Source: Octopus bimaculoides
Taxonomy: Eukaryota
Assembly: GCF_001194135.2 (NCBI RefSeq)
Contig: NC_069004.1
Location: 23,856,912-23,894,384, forward strand
Length of the DNA stretch: 37,473 nt
Direction: 5' to 3'
The translations under genes and the position numbers were made by a program. This document shows, piece by piece, positions 1-11,010 of this stretch (its first letter is position 1; every line of letters starts with the position of its first letter). Below the pieces are notes generated by a model. It searched no databases. It was not told the origin of the DNA and saw only the letters and a list, made by a program, of their open reading frames with translations.

Positions 1-37
<37 letters not shown>

Positions 38-38
<1 letters not shown>

Positions 39-92
39 ATGGTTGTGTGGTTAAGAAATTTGCTTCTCAGTCTTATGGTTTCTGGTTCAACC
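38..92 (+). mobile_element. tRNA-derived SINE family A, head fragment
   Basis: GGTTGTGTGGTTAAGAAATTTGCTT...GGTTCAA matches the A-box/B-box head of the full copy at 13894. Confidence 0.7.
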
Positions 93-129
93 ATATATAT
101 ATATTGCTAAAGTGGAACTTCTACCAACT

Positions 130-1290
130 CTATTCCCTGGGTGGTTGATACCACTGAGCATCTGACAACATTGCACATGCAAGGCACTTAATCTTGGGTT
201 TTTCTTGACCTTGGACTGCAAAGAAATAAGCTGTCAAAGAGATAAGCTGTGGAAATGCCTGTCTTACAAATGGAGATCATATTTGTACACCATCTTGGAA
301 TCTCTGTTGGCGGCACAATCTCAAAGTAATTATGTGTATCAGTAGCCATGGCATGTGAAACCCACCATCTAGACCTGGCATGTCAAACAGCAGATTCTCT
401 ATGGGTTGAATTGCTCACATATATGTTGCAATGGGGTCTGCATATTTTTAAACACATGTTTACAACAAAGATTTCCATCATATTGATTCTTTATTATTAA
501 GTAAAAATCTTCAAAAACCTTTAATTTCCTCATCAATAATCCTATTTTTCTTAATTAGATTATTATTAATTATTTTTATTATTAAAAATTTTTTTCAGTT
601 CTCCATTTTTAAGCCTCTACCTACACCACTGACAGGTCACATGGGCTGCATGCATCATGTGGGCTGTGTGTTTCACATGCCTATTCTAGAAAGTGCTAGC
701 AATAGATGGATTGGCTGACCATGGATGCTGTAATCTGGTCTGATAGGAACTGAGCAAGGCATGATGGTCAGATGGTAAATTGTGACAGAGATAATATATA
801 CATTTACCACACCAGCTGGACCTAGAAATAACCCCACCCAGAAATAGCTTCCTCTGAGCTCATTTCTAGGTGGGGCTAGCCACTCTGTTCGTAATAGTTC
901 TGTCCCTATTTGAAGATTTGAACCGAATTAGGCCCCAAGTAATTTACCCGGTCTGTCTGTCTGTCCAGATGCCTACAACACTGTTCAGTGACACAAACTT
1001 GCCTCTCTAGGTGCCAAGCTGCTGGCTCACCAACTTGTCTAGATTAATTCCTGCTCCTGCTATCACCTTGTATTTCTTTGGAATGATGCTGACATCTCTA
1101 ATTCTGAGGTGTTTAATGTCACCCATATACAGATGATACCAAGAAAGAGATGTCATCTGCATCTGCGGACCCAGCCATCCTGCATCCCTGCTCAAAAGAG
1201 ATACTCTTCAACAGTTCTAGCTTCCACAGCAATGGAGCCAGTACATATAGAAGAGACATGTCAGACAGGTCAAGCATGTGATACGAAATG
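130..1290 (-). mobile_element. Highly decayed Tx1/L1-clade LINE ORF2 relic (RT and post-RT region), interrupted
   Basis: Minus-strand fragments LLYVLAPLLWKLELLKSI..SADADD, KKYKVIAGAGINLDKLVSQQLGT*RGK, VANVYIISVTIYHLTIMPC and GGFHMPWLL..SPFVRQAFPQL are colinear with Tx1-type ORF2; the first three resemble the copy at 6924-9184. An AT-rich stretch of about 430-700 is unassigned. Confidence 0.75.
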
Positions 1291-1324
1291 GCTCTCGGAG
1301 ATGGTCATTCACTCAGACCACTGA

Positions 1325-1398
1325 GCAAGGTGCCATGCAGTGGGGCTGAACCAGAAACCATAAAACTGAGAAGCAAGTTTCTTAACCACACAACCATT
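1325..1398 (-). mobile_element. SINE family A, head fragment
   Basis: Reverse complement of the family A head including the GGCACCTTGCTC segment. Confidence 0.75.
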
Positions 1399-1464
1399 AT
1401 ATAGAATAATTTTAAAATTATAGAGAAGCTCACAATAATTATAGAAAAAGCATATTATAATTAA

Positions 1465-1684
1465 ACCTTTTGATACCAACCTGCCTGAGACCACTCCAGG
1501 TTCTATGACTTAAACTTACTGTTTTAAAGTGATCTAAAATATAATCTTCCATCAAAATTTTATGCTAAATTGCTCCAGACCCCAGCTCAAACATTAGAAA
1601 GATATTTTACTAAATACTTCATTATTTTAAAAATTAATTGAAACAATGGCAGAATATGTTAACAGAAATATGGTAACAAAGGGG
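1465..1684. mobile_element. piggyBac-like MITE
   Basis: TTAA at 1461-1464 and 1685-1688; imperfect terminal inverted repeats ACCTTTTGATACC / GGTAACAAAGGGG; no coding capacity. Confidence 0.7.
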
Positions 1685-1908
1685 TTAATTAAAAGACCAT
1701 TTGCATTGACCACAGCAATCCACAATCCTGTTTACACCCCCCCCCCTCTCTCTCTCCACTGTTTTTCTCCATAAACTCTTCAAGGCTTGTTATTCTAGAA
1801 TACTCTAAGTGTGGCACTTTGGTTAGAGTGGGGAAGTGAGGGTCCAAAACTTCTAGAAGGTTGACTTTAGAATTCATTATAAACACTCACAAAAGCCATA
1901 ATTAATAA

Positions 1909-4042
1909 CACTATCCAGCAAATTCTAACTTTTTTCTGCTGACCTAAGTTTGAGACCTGTTTTGTGGTAATTTGAGGTCACTGAGTTTAAAAATGGCAAT
2001 AGTTTTTCTCTATCATGTTTAGTTATTTTTTTCTGTGGGCTGGCCCATATTGGCCCCACCTCTAGCTCCATGTTTGAAATGTTTGAATTCTCCTGACTCT
2101 TTTTGTTATACATTTGGGTGTTTTACAGTACCAAGCCAAAGAATGAACATTAGTGACATTGTGAAAAGATCCTACTTGGTTTACTTAAAGATTAAAATTG
2201 GTGATCAGGATAAATCATGGGCCCACACAATGTATGTAAGCTCTACGTTGAAAATCTGTGCCAATGGACAAAGAGCACAAGGAAACAACTAACATTTGGC
2301 ATTCCTATGGTGTGGTGGAAGCCAAAGGACCATGGAAACAATTGCTACTTTTGTCTTATAATGACTCCTGATTATAGCAAGAGAATATGACAGAAAATAT
2401 GTAATCCAAATCTGGATTCAGCAATTCATCCAGTGCTTCATTCGGATGGAATACCAGGACCCGTTTTCAAGGCTCTACCTTCAATGCAAGATGAAAGTGA
2501 TATATGTGAAGTAGATGTAAATCACGAACATGACAGTGATGAAGACTTTGTAGAAACATCAACCAAAGAGCACGAAGACTTCAACCAGGCAGAACTTAAT
2601 GATTTAGTTAGAGATTTGGGACTGTCTAAAGAGTTATCAGAACTGTTAGCTTCTAGGCTTAAAGAGAAGAATGTGTTGCAGAAAGAAACAAACTTGGCTG
2701 TTTATGAGAACAAGGAAAAAGATATCTTGGCCTTCTTTACAACTGGAAAAGATTTTGTTTACCGTTGTGACATGGTGGGACTGTTAAATATGATGGGTGT
2801 TGAACAATATGACTCTAGTGAAAGAAGACTCTTTATAAATAGTTCAAAGAAGAGTCTAAAATGTGTATTGATCTATAATGGAAACTTGTTTGGTGCACTT
2901 CCTATTGGTCAGTCTGTACACTTAAAAGAGAATTATGATTACATGGAAGTTGTTTTAGATTTACTTAAGTATGATGAACACAAATGGGTCATATGTTTGG
3001 ATCTAAAAATGGTCAACTTTTTATTAGGCCAACAAGGAAGGTATACAAAATATCCATGTTTCCTATGTTTATGGGATAGCCAAGCGAGAGACAAACACTG
3101 GGAACAGAAACTCTGGCCAGTTAGGATAAGTTTGACTGTTGGGGAGAAGAATATCATACACCAACCATTTGTTGAGTGAGAGAAAATCATCTTTCCACCC
3201 CTTCATATTAAACTAGGACTAATGAAGTCATTTGTCAAAGCTCATAATGTGGAGGGTAACTGTCTCAAATTCCTATGTACAAACATTTCCTGGCCTAAGT
3301 TATGGTAAAATAGCAGCTGGTGTTTTTGATGGGCCACAAATCAGAAAGTTAAGGAAATGCCAGAATTTCTTGAGCTTGATGGCTGACATAGAAAAAGGGG
3401 CACAGGATTCATTTGTGACTGTTGTGATGGGATTTTGGGGGAGTGAAAGGACTGCAAACTACAAGGATTTGGTGGAGACATTACTTGATGGCTTTCATCT
3501 TTTAGGCTGCAACATGAACATAAAGCTTCATTTCTTCAATAGCCATCTCGATGAATTTCCTGCTAATCTTGGAGACGTGAGTGATGAGGATGGTGAGCAT
3601 TTTCATCAAGCAATCAAGATTATGGAGGAGAGATATCAAGGTCAATGGAACACACAGACACAACGGCAGACTACTGTTGGAGTATTCAAAGAGACTGTGT
3701 AGACATGAAATACTCCATATACCCTCACAAACGGAAATTTGTTCCATGAATATGACGGTATATGTACGACGGTTTGTGCTTTATCCATCATATTATAAAA
3801 TTAACAGTATGTATTTAGTAAAAGGTGATGCCACCTTACATTTCATAGATTATGGTTTGAAGCTATAAGACTTAGTAAACTATCCTGACTAAGTAAATTA
3901 TTTATACATAAAATAGGGGTTTGCTTTAGAATGAAAACCTAATGTGTTAGGATAAAGTGGACGCCATATTTGAAATCAGCATCTCAAAATTAACTAAATA
4001 CAATCACAAAACTGAAGTCAGCAAAATTTGTTTTCACCAGTG
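1909..4042 (+). mobile_element. Full-length, inactivated Chapaev3-like (CMC superfamily) DNA transposon
   Basis: TAA|CACTA... at 1906-1913 and ...CAGTG|TAA at 4038-4045 (3-bp TAA duplication); about 80-bp imperfect terminal inverted repeats; internal transposase pseudogene. Confidence 0.85.
2070..3749 (+). pseudogene. Chapaev-type transposase pseudogene (stops and frameshifts)
   Basis: Motifs across frames: KCLNSPDSFCY..GDQDKSWA, FGIPMVWWKPKDHGNNCYFC, LFINSSKKSLKCVL, DLKMVNFLLGQQGRYTKYPCFLCLWDS, PPLHIKLGLMKSFVKA, VFDGPQIRKL, SDEDGEHFHQ, ADYCWSIQRD..KRKFVP* (TGA 3747-3749). Start position approximate. Confidence 0.9.
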
Positions 4043-4344
4043 TAATCTATAATTTTGGCAGGCGTCTGTCATTTGATTCCCATCTACTCCATCAATAGCA
4101 CTTTCCCTGCATTATCCTTATACATCTCATATATATGCCTTTAGTTAATTCCTTGCAAAAGAAAATGGAAACCATTTTATTTGGGGAGGAGATTGGTTCC
4201 TCCTCATAAGAGATGGGTTCCCCTTCACAGGAAATGAACTCCCACCTGCCTCAATGGAGGAGGGTTCCTCCTTCTTAGAGATAGGCTCTCATAGTGAATG
4301 GATACATCATAAACAACAATAATAATAACAATAATAATGATGAT

Positions 4345-4510
4345 GTCATGTGCTGTTCATCTTGATATAAGATCACCATGTCGCACACATATGGTTGTGT
4401 TGCATGTGCCTGGTGTACCCTTATCAGACGGGTAATCATGATGGGTATAATGGGCTTCATATATTTGCACCTCAGTATCACTTTGATGGCATGCACTGCT
4501 CTCTCACTCA
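4345..4510 (+). mobile_element. Non-coding retroelement family E, short 5'-truncated copy with (AAT)n tail
   Basis: Matches the 3' part of the copy at 4853-5288; ends CTCTCACTC-AATAATAAT; flanked by AAT tracts. Confidence 0.75.
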
Positions 4511-4523
4511 ATAATAATAATAA

Positions 4524-4554
<31 letters not shown>

Positions 4555-4852
4555 AACAATAATGATAATGACTGTCATCTTAAGATCACACTATCATCTT
4601 ATTATCAAATTTCTTTTAAAACAAACTTTTAGTTTTCTTATATTTTGACAGACATTCTCTAGAACAATACTCTGTACAAAATTGTACAAAATCAAAAATA
4701 TGCTACCATAGTCATAATACCAACTTGAACTTCTAACTTGTCTCTTGAGGTCTCTGAGTGACACTTCGAGTCAACTTGTACAAATACAAAGCAAAAGCCA
4801 AACGTATAATAATGATAATAACAATAATAATAATAATAATATTAATAAATAT

Positions 4853-5288
4853 TCTGCTCAATACCACAGATTCACTTGTCAGTTGTTTGACCTTAACCAG
4901 TTGAGCATGTCCCTTAGTGGCTGACGATATGTGCATCTCTGATCATGAGCAGAAGTAGTTGGGGGAGTATCATAGCCATGTGTTGAGAGGAATTCTTTGG
5001 GGTTTGGATAATTCACCTTTGGAAACATGGCTGTTTCGTTCAACATCCTTAACCCTTATTCAGGGACTTTTTGAGCAGGATGGGCTACTCGACCTGAAGA
5101 AAATTCTAACAGGGCCCCACCTGCAAGGTCATGTGCTGTTTATCTTGATATGAAATTACCATGTCACTTATAGTTGTAGTGCATGTGCCTGGTGTACCCT
5201 TATCAGACAGGTAGTCATGATGGGTATAATGGGCTTCGTATATTTTACCCCAGTGTCACTTTGATGGCATGTACTGCCCTGTCACTCA
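4853..5288 (+). mobile_element. Non-coding retroelement family E, longer copy with (AAT)n tail
   Basis: Shares its 3' ~165 nt with 4345-4510; no recognisable ORF; AAT tracts on both sides. Confidence 0.75.
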
Positions 5289-5300
5289 ATAATAATAATA

Positions 5301-5577
5301 GGTTCCAAATGTAGAACCTAAAACAGAAACAATCTCTATAACACTAGGTGCATTAGGTATGATTAAAAAACATACAGACAAATTTTAACCAAAATGCCAG
5401 GACTTATGAATAGATATAACATACAGAAAATAGCACTGCTAAGCACTGCATACATCCTATGTAAAACCCTTTCAATACAGTGAAAATAACATCACCAAAA
5501 CAAACCATAGCACATCCCCAAGGCACACACAGCTGCACTCTGTAGTGCAGTGAAAGCTCATGATAAAACTAAGACTA

Positions 5578-5580
<3 letters not shown>
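5301..5580 (+). mobile_element. R4/Dong-clade LINE 3' end, subfamily 1, degraded
   Basis: Homologous to 5639-5996 (..LGALGMIKK..IQKIALLSTAYILCKTLSIQ*), same 3' UTR ending ACTACTG-(AAT)n. Confidence 0.85.
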
Positions 5581-5623
<43 letters not shown>

Positions 5624-5638
5624 GTAATAATAATAATA

Positions 5639-5996
5639 TCAATACCAGCAGATGACAACGTTTCTCTAAAAGAAATGGAAAAACTTTCAAAATACAAAGA
5701 CCTGGAAATAGAGATAACTCGAATGTGGAATCTAAAAACAGAAACAATTCCTATCATAGTAGGTGCCTTAGGTATAATAAAAAAATATTCAGACAAATAC
5801 ATAACAAAAACACCAGGACTTACAAATATATATAACATACAGAAAATTGCACTACTGGGTACTGCACACATTCTACACAAAACACTTTCAATACAGTAAA
5901 CATAAGAGCACCACAGCAAACCACAGCACATACCCAAGGCGCACAGAGCTGCGCTCGGTAGTGAAGTGAAAGCACGTTATAAAAATAAAACTACTG
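5639..5996 (+). mobile_element. R4/Dong-clade LINE 3' end (restriction-like endonuclease C-terminus plus 3' UTR), subfamily 1
   Basis: Open frame SIPADDNVSLKEMEKLSKYKDLEIEITRMWNLKTETIPIIVGALG..IQKIALLGTAHILHKTLSIQ* (5639-5899), the characteristic R4/Dong/Rex6 C-terminus; (AAT)n tail. Confidence 0.9.
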
Positions 5997-6020
5997 AACA
6001 ATAATAATAATAATAATAAT

Positions 6021-6534
6021 TAGCAGCCAAAGTGTATGGCTTCAAAACAACAGAAAAGTGGTATGAACAGGAGCCAAAGGCTGTGATAAAGAATGAGAAT
6101 TACAAGATCTTGTGGGACTTCTCCATAAAGAATGATGAAACTATTGAAGTAAGAAGAGTGGACACGATCACAGAGGATAAAATAAACAAACAGTGTAAGA
6201 TCATAGATTTTGCAATTCCCTAGGATAGCCGAATCAATATCAAAGAAATTGAAAATAATTGAAAAATATCAGGATGTAGTCAGAGAGCTGGAGGAGAGAG
6301 TAGAAGGCCAAGACAACAAATATTCCTGTAGTAATTGGTGCATTTGGCACAACACCCAAAATACTGCCTAAAAGACTGAAAGAAATTGGAAGTAAAACTC
6401 GCATTGTCAGCCTGTAGAAAAGTACCATCCCTATATTCTGGAAGAATAATAAAGAAAGATTCTTGAATTTTGAGAAGACTTCTTGCCAAACCTGAAGATA
6501 AAATATCTGCTAACTAAAGTAGCATGCACTAGCG
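6021..6534 (+). mobile_element. R4/Dong-clade LINE 3' end, subfamily 2, degraded
   Basis: KWYEQEPKAVIKNENYKILWDFSIK..RRVD..KIIDFAIP*DSRI..EKYQD..IPVVIGAFG (degenerate RxPD..D..P..KY endonuclease motif); different 3' UTR; (AAT)n tail. Confidence 0.88.
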
Positions 6535-6554
6535 TAATAATAACAATGATGATG

Positions 6555-6597
<43 letters not shown>

Positions 6598-6697
6598 TAG
6601 CTGAAAAGAACAAATAGTATGGTACTGTAGGCTGTAGGTAGAAAGCTCGCTATGCATGCAAGACTCCAGGAGCACCAACAAGACCTGTGATAAAGAG

Positions 6698-6699
<2 letters not shown>
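6598..6699 (+). mobile_element. Short retroelement 3' stub between AAT tracts (possible third Dong-type 3' UTR)
   Basis: About 100 nt of unique sequence bounded by (AAT)n on both sides; assignment inferred from context only. Confidence 0.4.
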
Positions 6700-6733
<34 letters not shown>

Positions 6734-6734
<1 letters not shown>

Positions 6735-6902
6735 TTCTTTCTAACATAGGTACAATGCACGAAATTTGTGGAGGGGTCCAGCTGATTACATCGACCCCAG
6801 TACTCAAAAAGTTCTTATTCAAAGTTTACCTTGGCGCAATTTGAACCTAGAGCCACTCTGCATTTTGCCCAGTGCGCTAATGATTCTGCCAGCTCACTGC
6901 CT
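6734..6902 (-). mobile_element. tRNA-derived SINE family B, internally deleted
   Basis: Matches 22859-23092 and 9201-9412; (ATT)n tail in element sense. Confidence 0.8.
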
Positions 6903-6923
6903 TTATATTAATAATAATAATAA

Positions 6924-9184
6924 TTTCATTTATTTGCCACAAAGGTAAAGGATGAGGGGGACAATACAAAGACAGATATAAAGTGTGGGGATTAACATAT
7001 GTTGGAATGAGTAAAAAAAAAATTGAAAGAAAGTAAGTATACACAGTATACACTGGTGTGGAGGATGATAGAGATGTGGCCCTCCTGATACAGGAAGGCC
7101 TCTAGGGATAATTGAGGAACCCCACTGTCTGAGATTTCCCTGAAACCCCAGGAGCAAGTCCCCTCTTCTATTCCTTCTCTCTGACTCCCAGGTCTACACT
7201 TAGTGAGGTACCATCCACTCTTGCCATTTTTGCAACTTTTACTCTCCTTTCAATAAACTCACTCGAGGACAGCACTTCCCTCTCCACTCTCAATTCCCTT
7301 TTCAAGTGAAACTTGAAAAAGTCAATGAGAGTTCTACCAGAGAAGAATGTATCTGTCCTCATGCCTTTCAGCCTTGTCCAATAAACAACCTCTTTTGCCA
7401 CAGTTACTAGGCAAAGGAAAACTGCATTGACTACCTGATCTGAAGGAAGGTGTTGGTGCAATCATCACTACAGACTCGGCCAACAGACAAATCTGTCCGA
7501 CACATGACAACAGCTGTTCATCATAACTCCGCAAGTCAGCAATGCCTGGACACTGAATGAGAGCATACAGAACAATTTGGTCATGCTGCATGCACCCCAG
7601 ACATGCCTGTCTGACAGCACATCCATGTCCAGAAATCATTGCAGATGACATAACCTCAGAGCGTGTCTGCGTATTAGAAGCCACGACATTCCTAATCTGC
7701 CACTCAGAGGATGCTGCTGGCAACAGACTTAACTGCCTGACCATTGGAACACATCGATACCACAAGAATTTAAATAAGGGACGCTCCAACTTTGTCAAGC
7801 AGTAACCAGGACAAGGCACAATGGTCAGGCCATAAATGATAACAGAGATGATGTAAGCATTTGCCACCTCTGCCCAACCTTTCACAGAAAGCTTCCTCTC
7901 AGCCCATTTCTGAGTAAGACTGGCCACCCTGTTTGCCGCTTCATCCAGTCCTTATCAACCTGGAGGTCAGGACCAAATCAGACGCTGAGCAGCTTAACTG
8001 GTCTGTCGGTCCAGTGTTCGATGACACTGTCTGATGGCATTGTCCTGCCTCTTCAGGAGCCCAACTGCAAACCCACTAATTTGTCAGCATTGATTTTTGC
8101 CCCTGCAACTGACTCATATTCCTTTCGGATGGTGCTGACCGTCTCCACTTCGGAGGTGTCCGACACCATGACAGTGATGTCGTCCGTGTATGCTGACATT
8201 GCCCTTCCTTGTCCCAGTTCAAAAAGGATGCCCCTTAGCTGTTCCAACTTTTGCAGCAGTGGCTTGAGTGCCAATATGTGCAAAAGAGGCGACAGTGAGC
8301 ACCCCCGACAGACTGAGTATGCGATGCCAAATGGCTCTGATAGGTGGCCGTTTACTTTGATCACTGAACCGGTGCCGCTGTGCATTGCAGCGATCCAGCC
8401 TCTGAAAACAGGTCCAAAACCACCTGCTTTCAGGATGGCTTTCAAGTAGCGATAGTCAACCCAATCGAATGCTTTTGATTAATCCAAATTGATCAGAGCA
8501 CCCCCGAAGCCAGCATTGGTCCCAGCCCTCTCTATGATGCATCGCATAAGGTGGAGGTTGTCATGGATAGACTAACTTGGTATTGTGCACATTTGCGTTT
8601 CTCTGACCAGGTTACCAACGACAAAAGTCAGACTTTTCACAAACACCTTGGCCAAAATTTTAAACTCTGTGTTTAACAGAGTTATGGACTGAAAATTCTC
8701 TAGTACATCCCCATTGTCGGCACCCTTCCTCAGCAGTGTCACCACATCTCTGTTAATAGAACTTGGAATTCTCCTGTTCTGCTGCCAGTTATGGTACACA
8801 TCTTCCAAGAGGTTGCCAAACAAATCTAGTATGAAGACAGAATTCATAGGGCAGACCATCCAAACTGGGTGATCTGCAACTTGTGCAATCACTCATTGCC
8901 TGCCAAATTTCAGTGGGTGCTCTTGGCCTTTCACTTAACCTCATGTCAGCTGCGGCAAGCAGTCCAGGTACAATTTGTAAGTCCAGTACCGTTGTTGACC
9001 TATCGCTCTCTCCAAACAGCTGCATGAAGTATTGCTGAAAAGCTGCACACATCTGCTCAGAGCCAAGTAGCACATGTCCATCCTGATCCGTCAAAGACCT
9101 GATCGTAGTTTTATTAACACATCGCATCTCCACCGTTTGGGCCCATTGGATAGCTTTAGCCCCTTCCTGTTTGAGCGCATGGAA
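6924..9184 (-). mobile_element. 5'-truncated Tx1/L1-clade LINE (ORF2 RT to C-terminus plus 3' UTR), inactivated
   Basis: SPSLDGLPYE, VVTLLRK..FQSITLLNTEFKILAKV, INLD*SKAFDWVD, SVCRGCSLSPLL, AYTDD, KINADK..LGS, KWAERKLS, decayed C-terminal CCHC knuckle; 3' end AAATAAATGAAATTATTATT; endonuclease domain absent. Confidence 0.92.
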
Positions 9185-9200
9185 TAGTAATAATAATAAT

Positions 9201-9412
9201 CCTTTCTACTAAAGGCACAAGGCCTGAAATTTGGGGGAGAGGACTAGTCGATTATATCAACCCCAGTGTTTCACTGGTACTTAATTTATTGATCCTGAAA
9301 GGATGAAAGGCAAAGTCGACCTCAGCAGAATTTGAACTTAGATTGCAAAGACAGACAAAATGCTGCTAAGAATTGTGCCTGGCATGTTAATGATTCTTCC
9401 AGCTCACTGTCT
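9201..9412 (-). mobile_element. SINE family B
   Basis: Full head-to-tail match including central GCCTTTCATCCTTTCAGGATCAATAAATTAAGTACCAG; AAT tracts on both sides. Confidence 0.85.
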
Positions 9413-9432
9413 TAATAATAATAATAATAATA

Positions 9433-9467
<35 letters not shown>

Positions 9468-9899
9468 CATAATCATAATAGACAACAACATGGAGGGTTT
9501 AATATAAAATGATCTCTCTTTACTCAATAAAATAGAAATGATTGACTGGGGTGGGGCAGTGGTGTGATCGCTTGTAAAAGATCTTTGCTTAGTCTGCAGA
9601 AGAGGAATTGAAGTCTGGCATGTGTGGAGGGGGTTTCGTGGAGTGCGGGAAGAAGAAAACGAAATAAATGAAATATAAAAAAAAAATAATAATAAATTCC
9701 GACATGAAGGATAGGGAGAAAGATCCTGGAAGTAAATGAAGAAAAGGATTAAAGGAATTGATCTTGGTAAAGATATGGTGGATAAGAGGGTTTAGGAGTG
9801 GTGGGAGGTGGGGGAAGGGTTAGAGAGGGGGCAGAGAGACGGTTCTTTTAGCGGAATCATGTATTTATAAAGAATACTAAGGAGATCTATCAGAATATC

Positions 9900-10012
9900 A
9901 AATAAATAATATAAACACACATACATATGCACCTATATACATACATACATATATGTATATATGTATATATGCATGTATGTATACATATATAATTATATAT
10001 ATACATATATAT

Positions 10013-10051
<39 letters not shown>

Positions 10052-10134
10052 CATATATACACATATGTAAATACATATATATATATAAATATACATACAT
10101 ACATATATATATATACACATATATATATATATAC

Positions 10135-10180
<46 letters not shown>
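9900..10180. repeat. Compound (TA)/(CA) microsatellite running into an N gap (10181-10526)
   Basis: Direct inspection. Confidence 0.95.
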
Positions 10181-10759
10181 NNNNNNNNNNNNNNNNNNNN
10201 NNNNNNNNNNNNNNNNNNNNNNNNNNNNNNNNNNNNNNNNNNNNNNNNNNNNNNNNNNNNNNNNNNNNNNNNNNNNNNNNNNNNNNNNNNNNNNNNNNNN
10301 NNNNNNNNNNNNNNNNNNNNNNNNNNNNNNNNNNNNNNNNNNNNNNNNNNNNNNNNNNNNNNNNNNNNNNNNNNNNNNNNNNNNNNNNNNNNNNNNNNNN
10401 NNNNNNNNNNNNNNNNNNNNNNNNNNNNNNNNNNNNNNNNNNNNNNNNNNNNNNNNNNNNNNNNNNNNNNNNNNNNNNNNNNNNNNNNNNNNNNNNNNNN
10501 NNNNNNNNNNNNNNNNNNNNNNNNNNACATACATACATACATACATAAATGTATATATACATGTGTGTATATGCATATTATCGTATCGAAAGCTCTTCCT
10601 TCTTTTCGAGTATTTCTTCATTTATACTTTTTCATTTATACACATACACATGCACACACAGACAGACAGACACACACATACATGCACACATACACATACA
10701 CAGATGTGCACACAAACATATACATAATGTTGGAAAAAATACTGCCTTCACCAACGTCA

Positions 10760-11010
10760 TCATCGCTGCCACCACCATCACCACTAACACTTCTACAACC
10801 ACCACCACCACTACCATGACTGCCATTCGTATTCAAACTTCACCATCACTATCCTCCCACCACCACCACCACCACCACCAACTTCATCCAGACCACTACC
10901 CCAACCACCATCAATGTCAAATCTCACTGCCAACATCACCATGATGATGACCACCCTCACCACCACCATGGCCACCACCCTCACCACCATGACCACCACC
11001 GCTAACGACA
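10760..11010. repeat. Degenerate (CAC)/(CAT) trinucleotide low-complexity tract
   Basis: Direct inspection; produces spurious His/Thr/Val-rich ORFs. Confidence 0.9.

Noticed and set aside
4196-4282. Three loose GGTTCC(T/C)C(C/T)T..AGAGAT-like motifs
   Set aside because: Irregular spacing and low identity; no evidence for a CRISPR-like array or coding repeat.
4919-4960. CUGACGA in family E as a possible hammerhead
   Set aside because: Followed by GAAG rather than GAAA, and no stems I or III.
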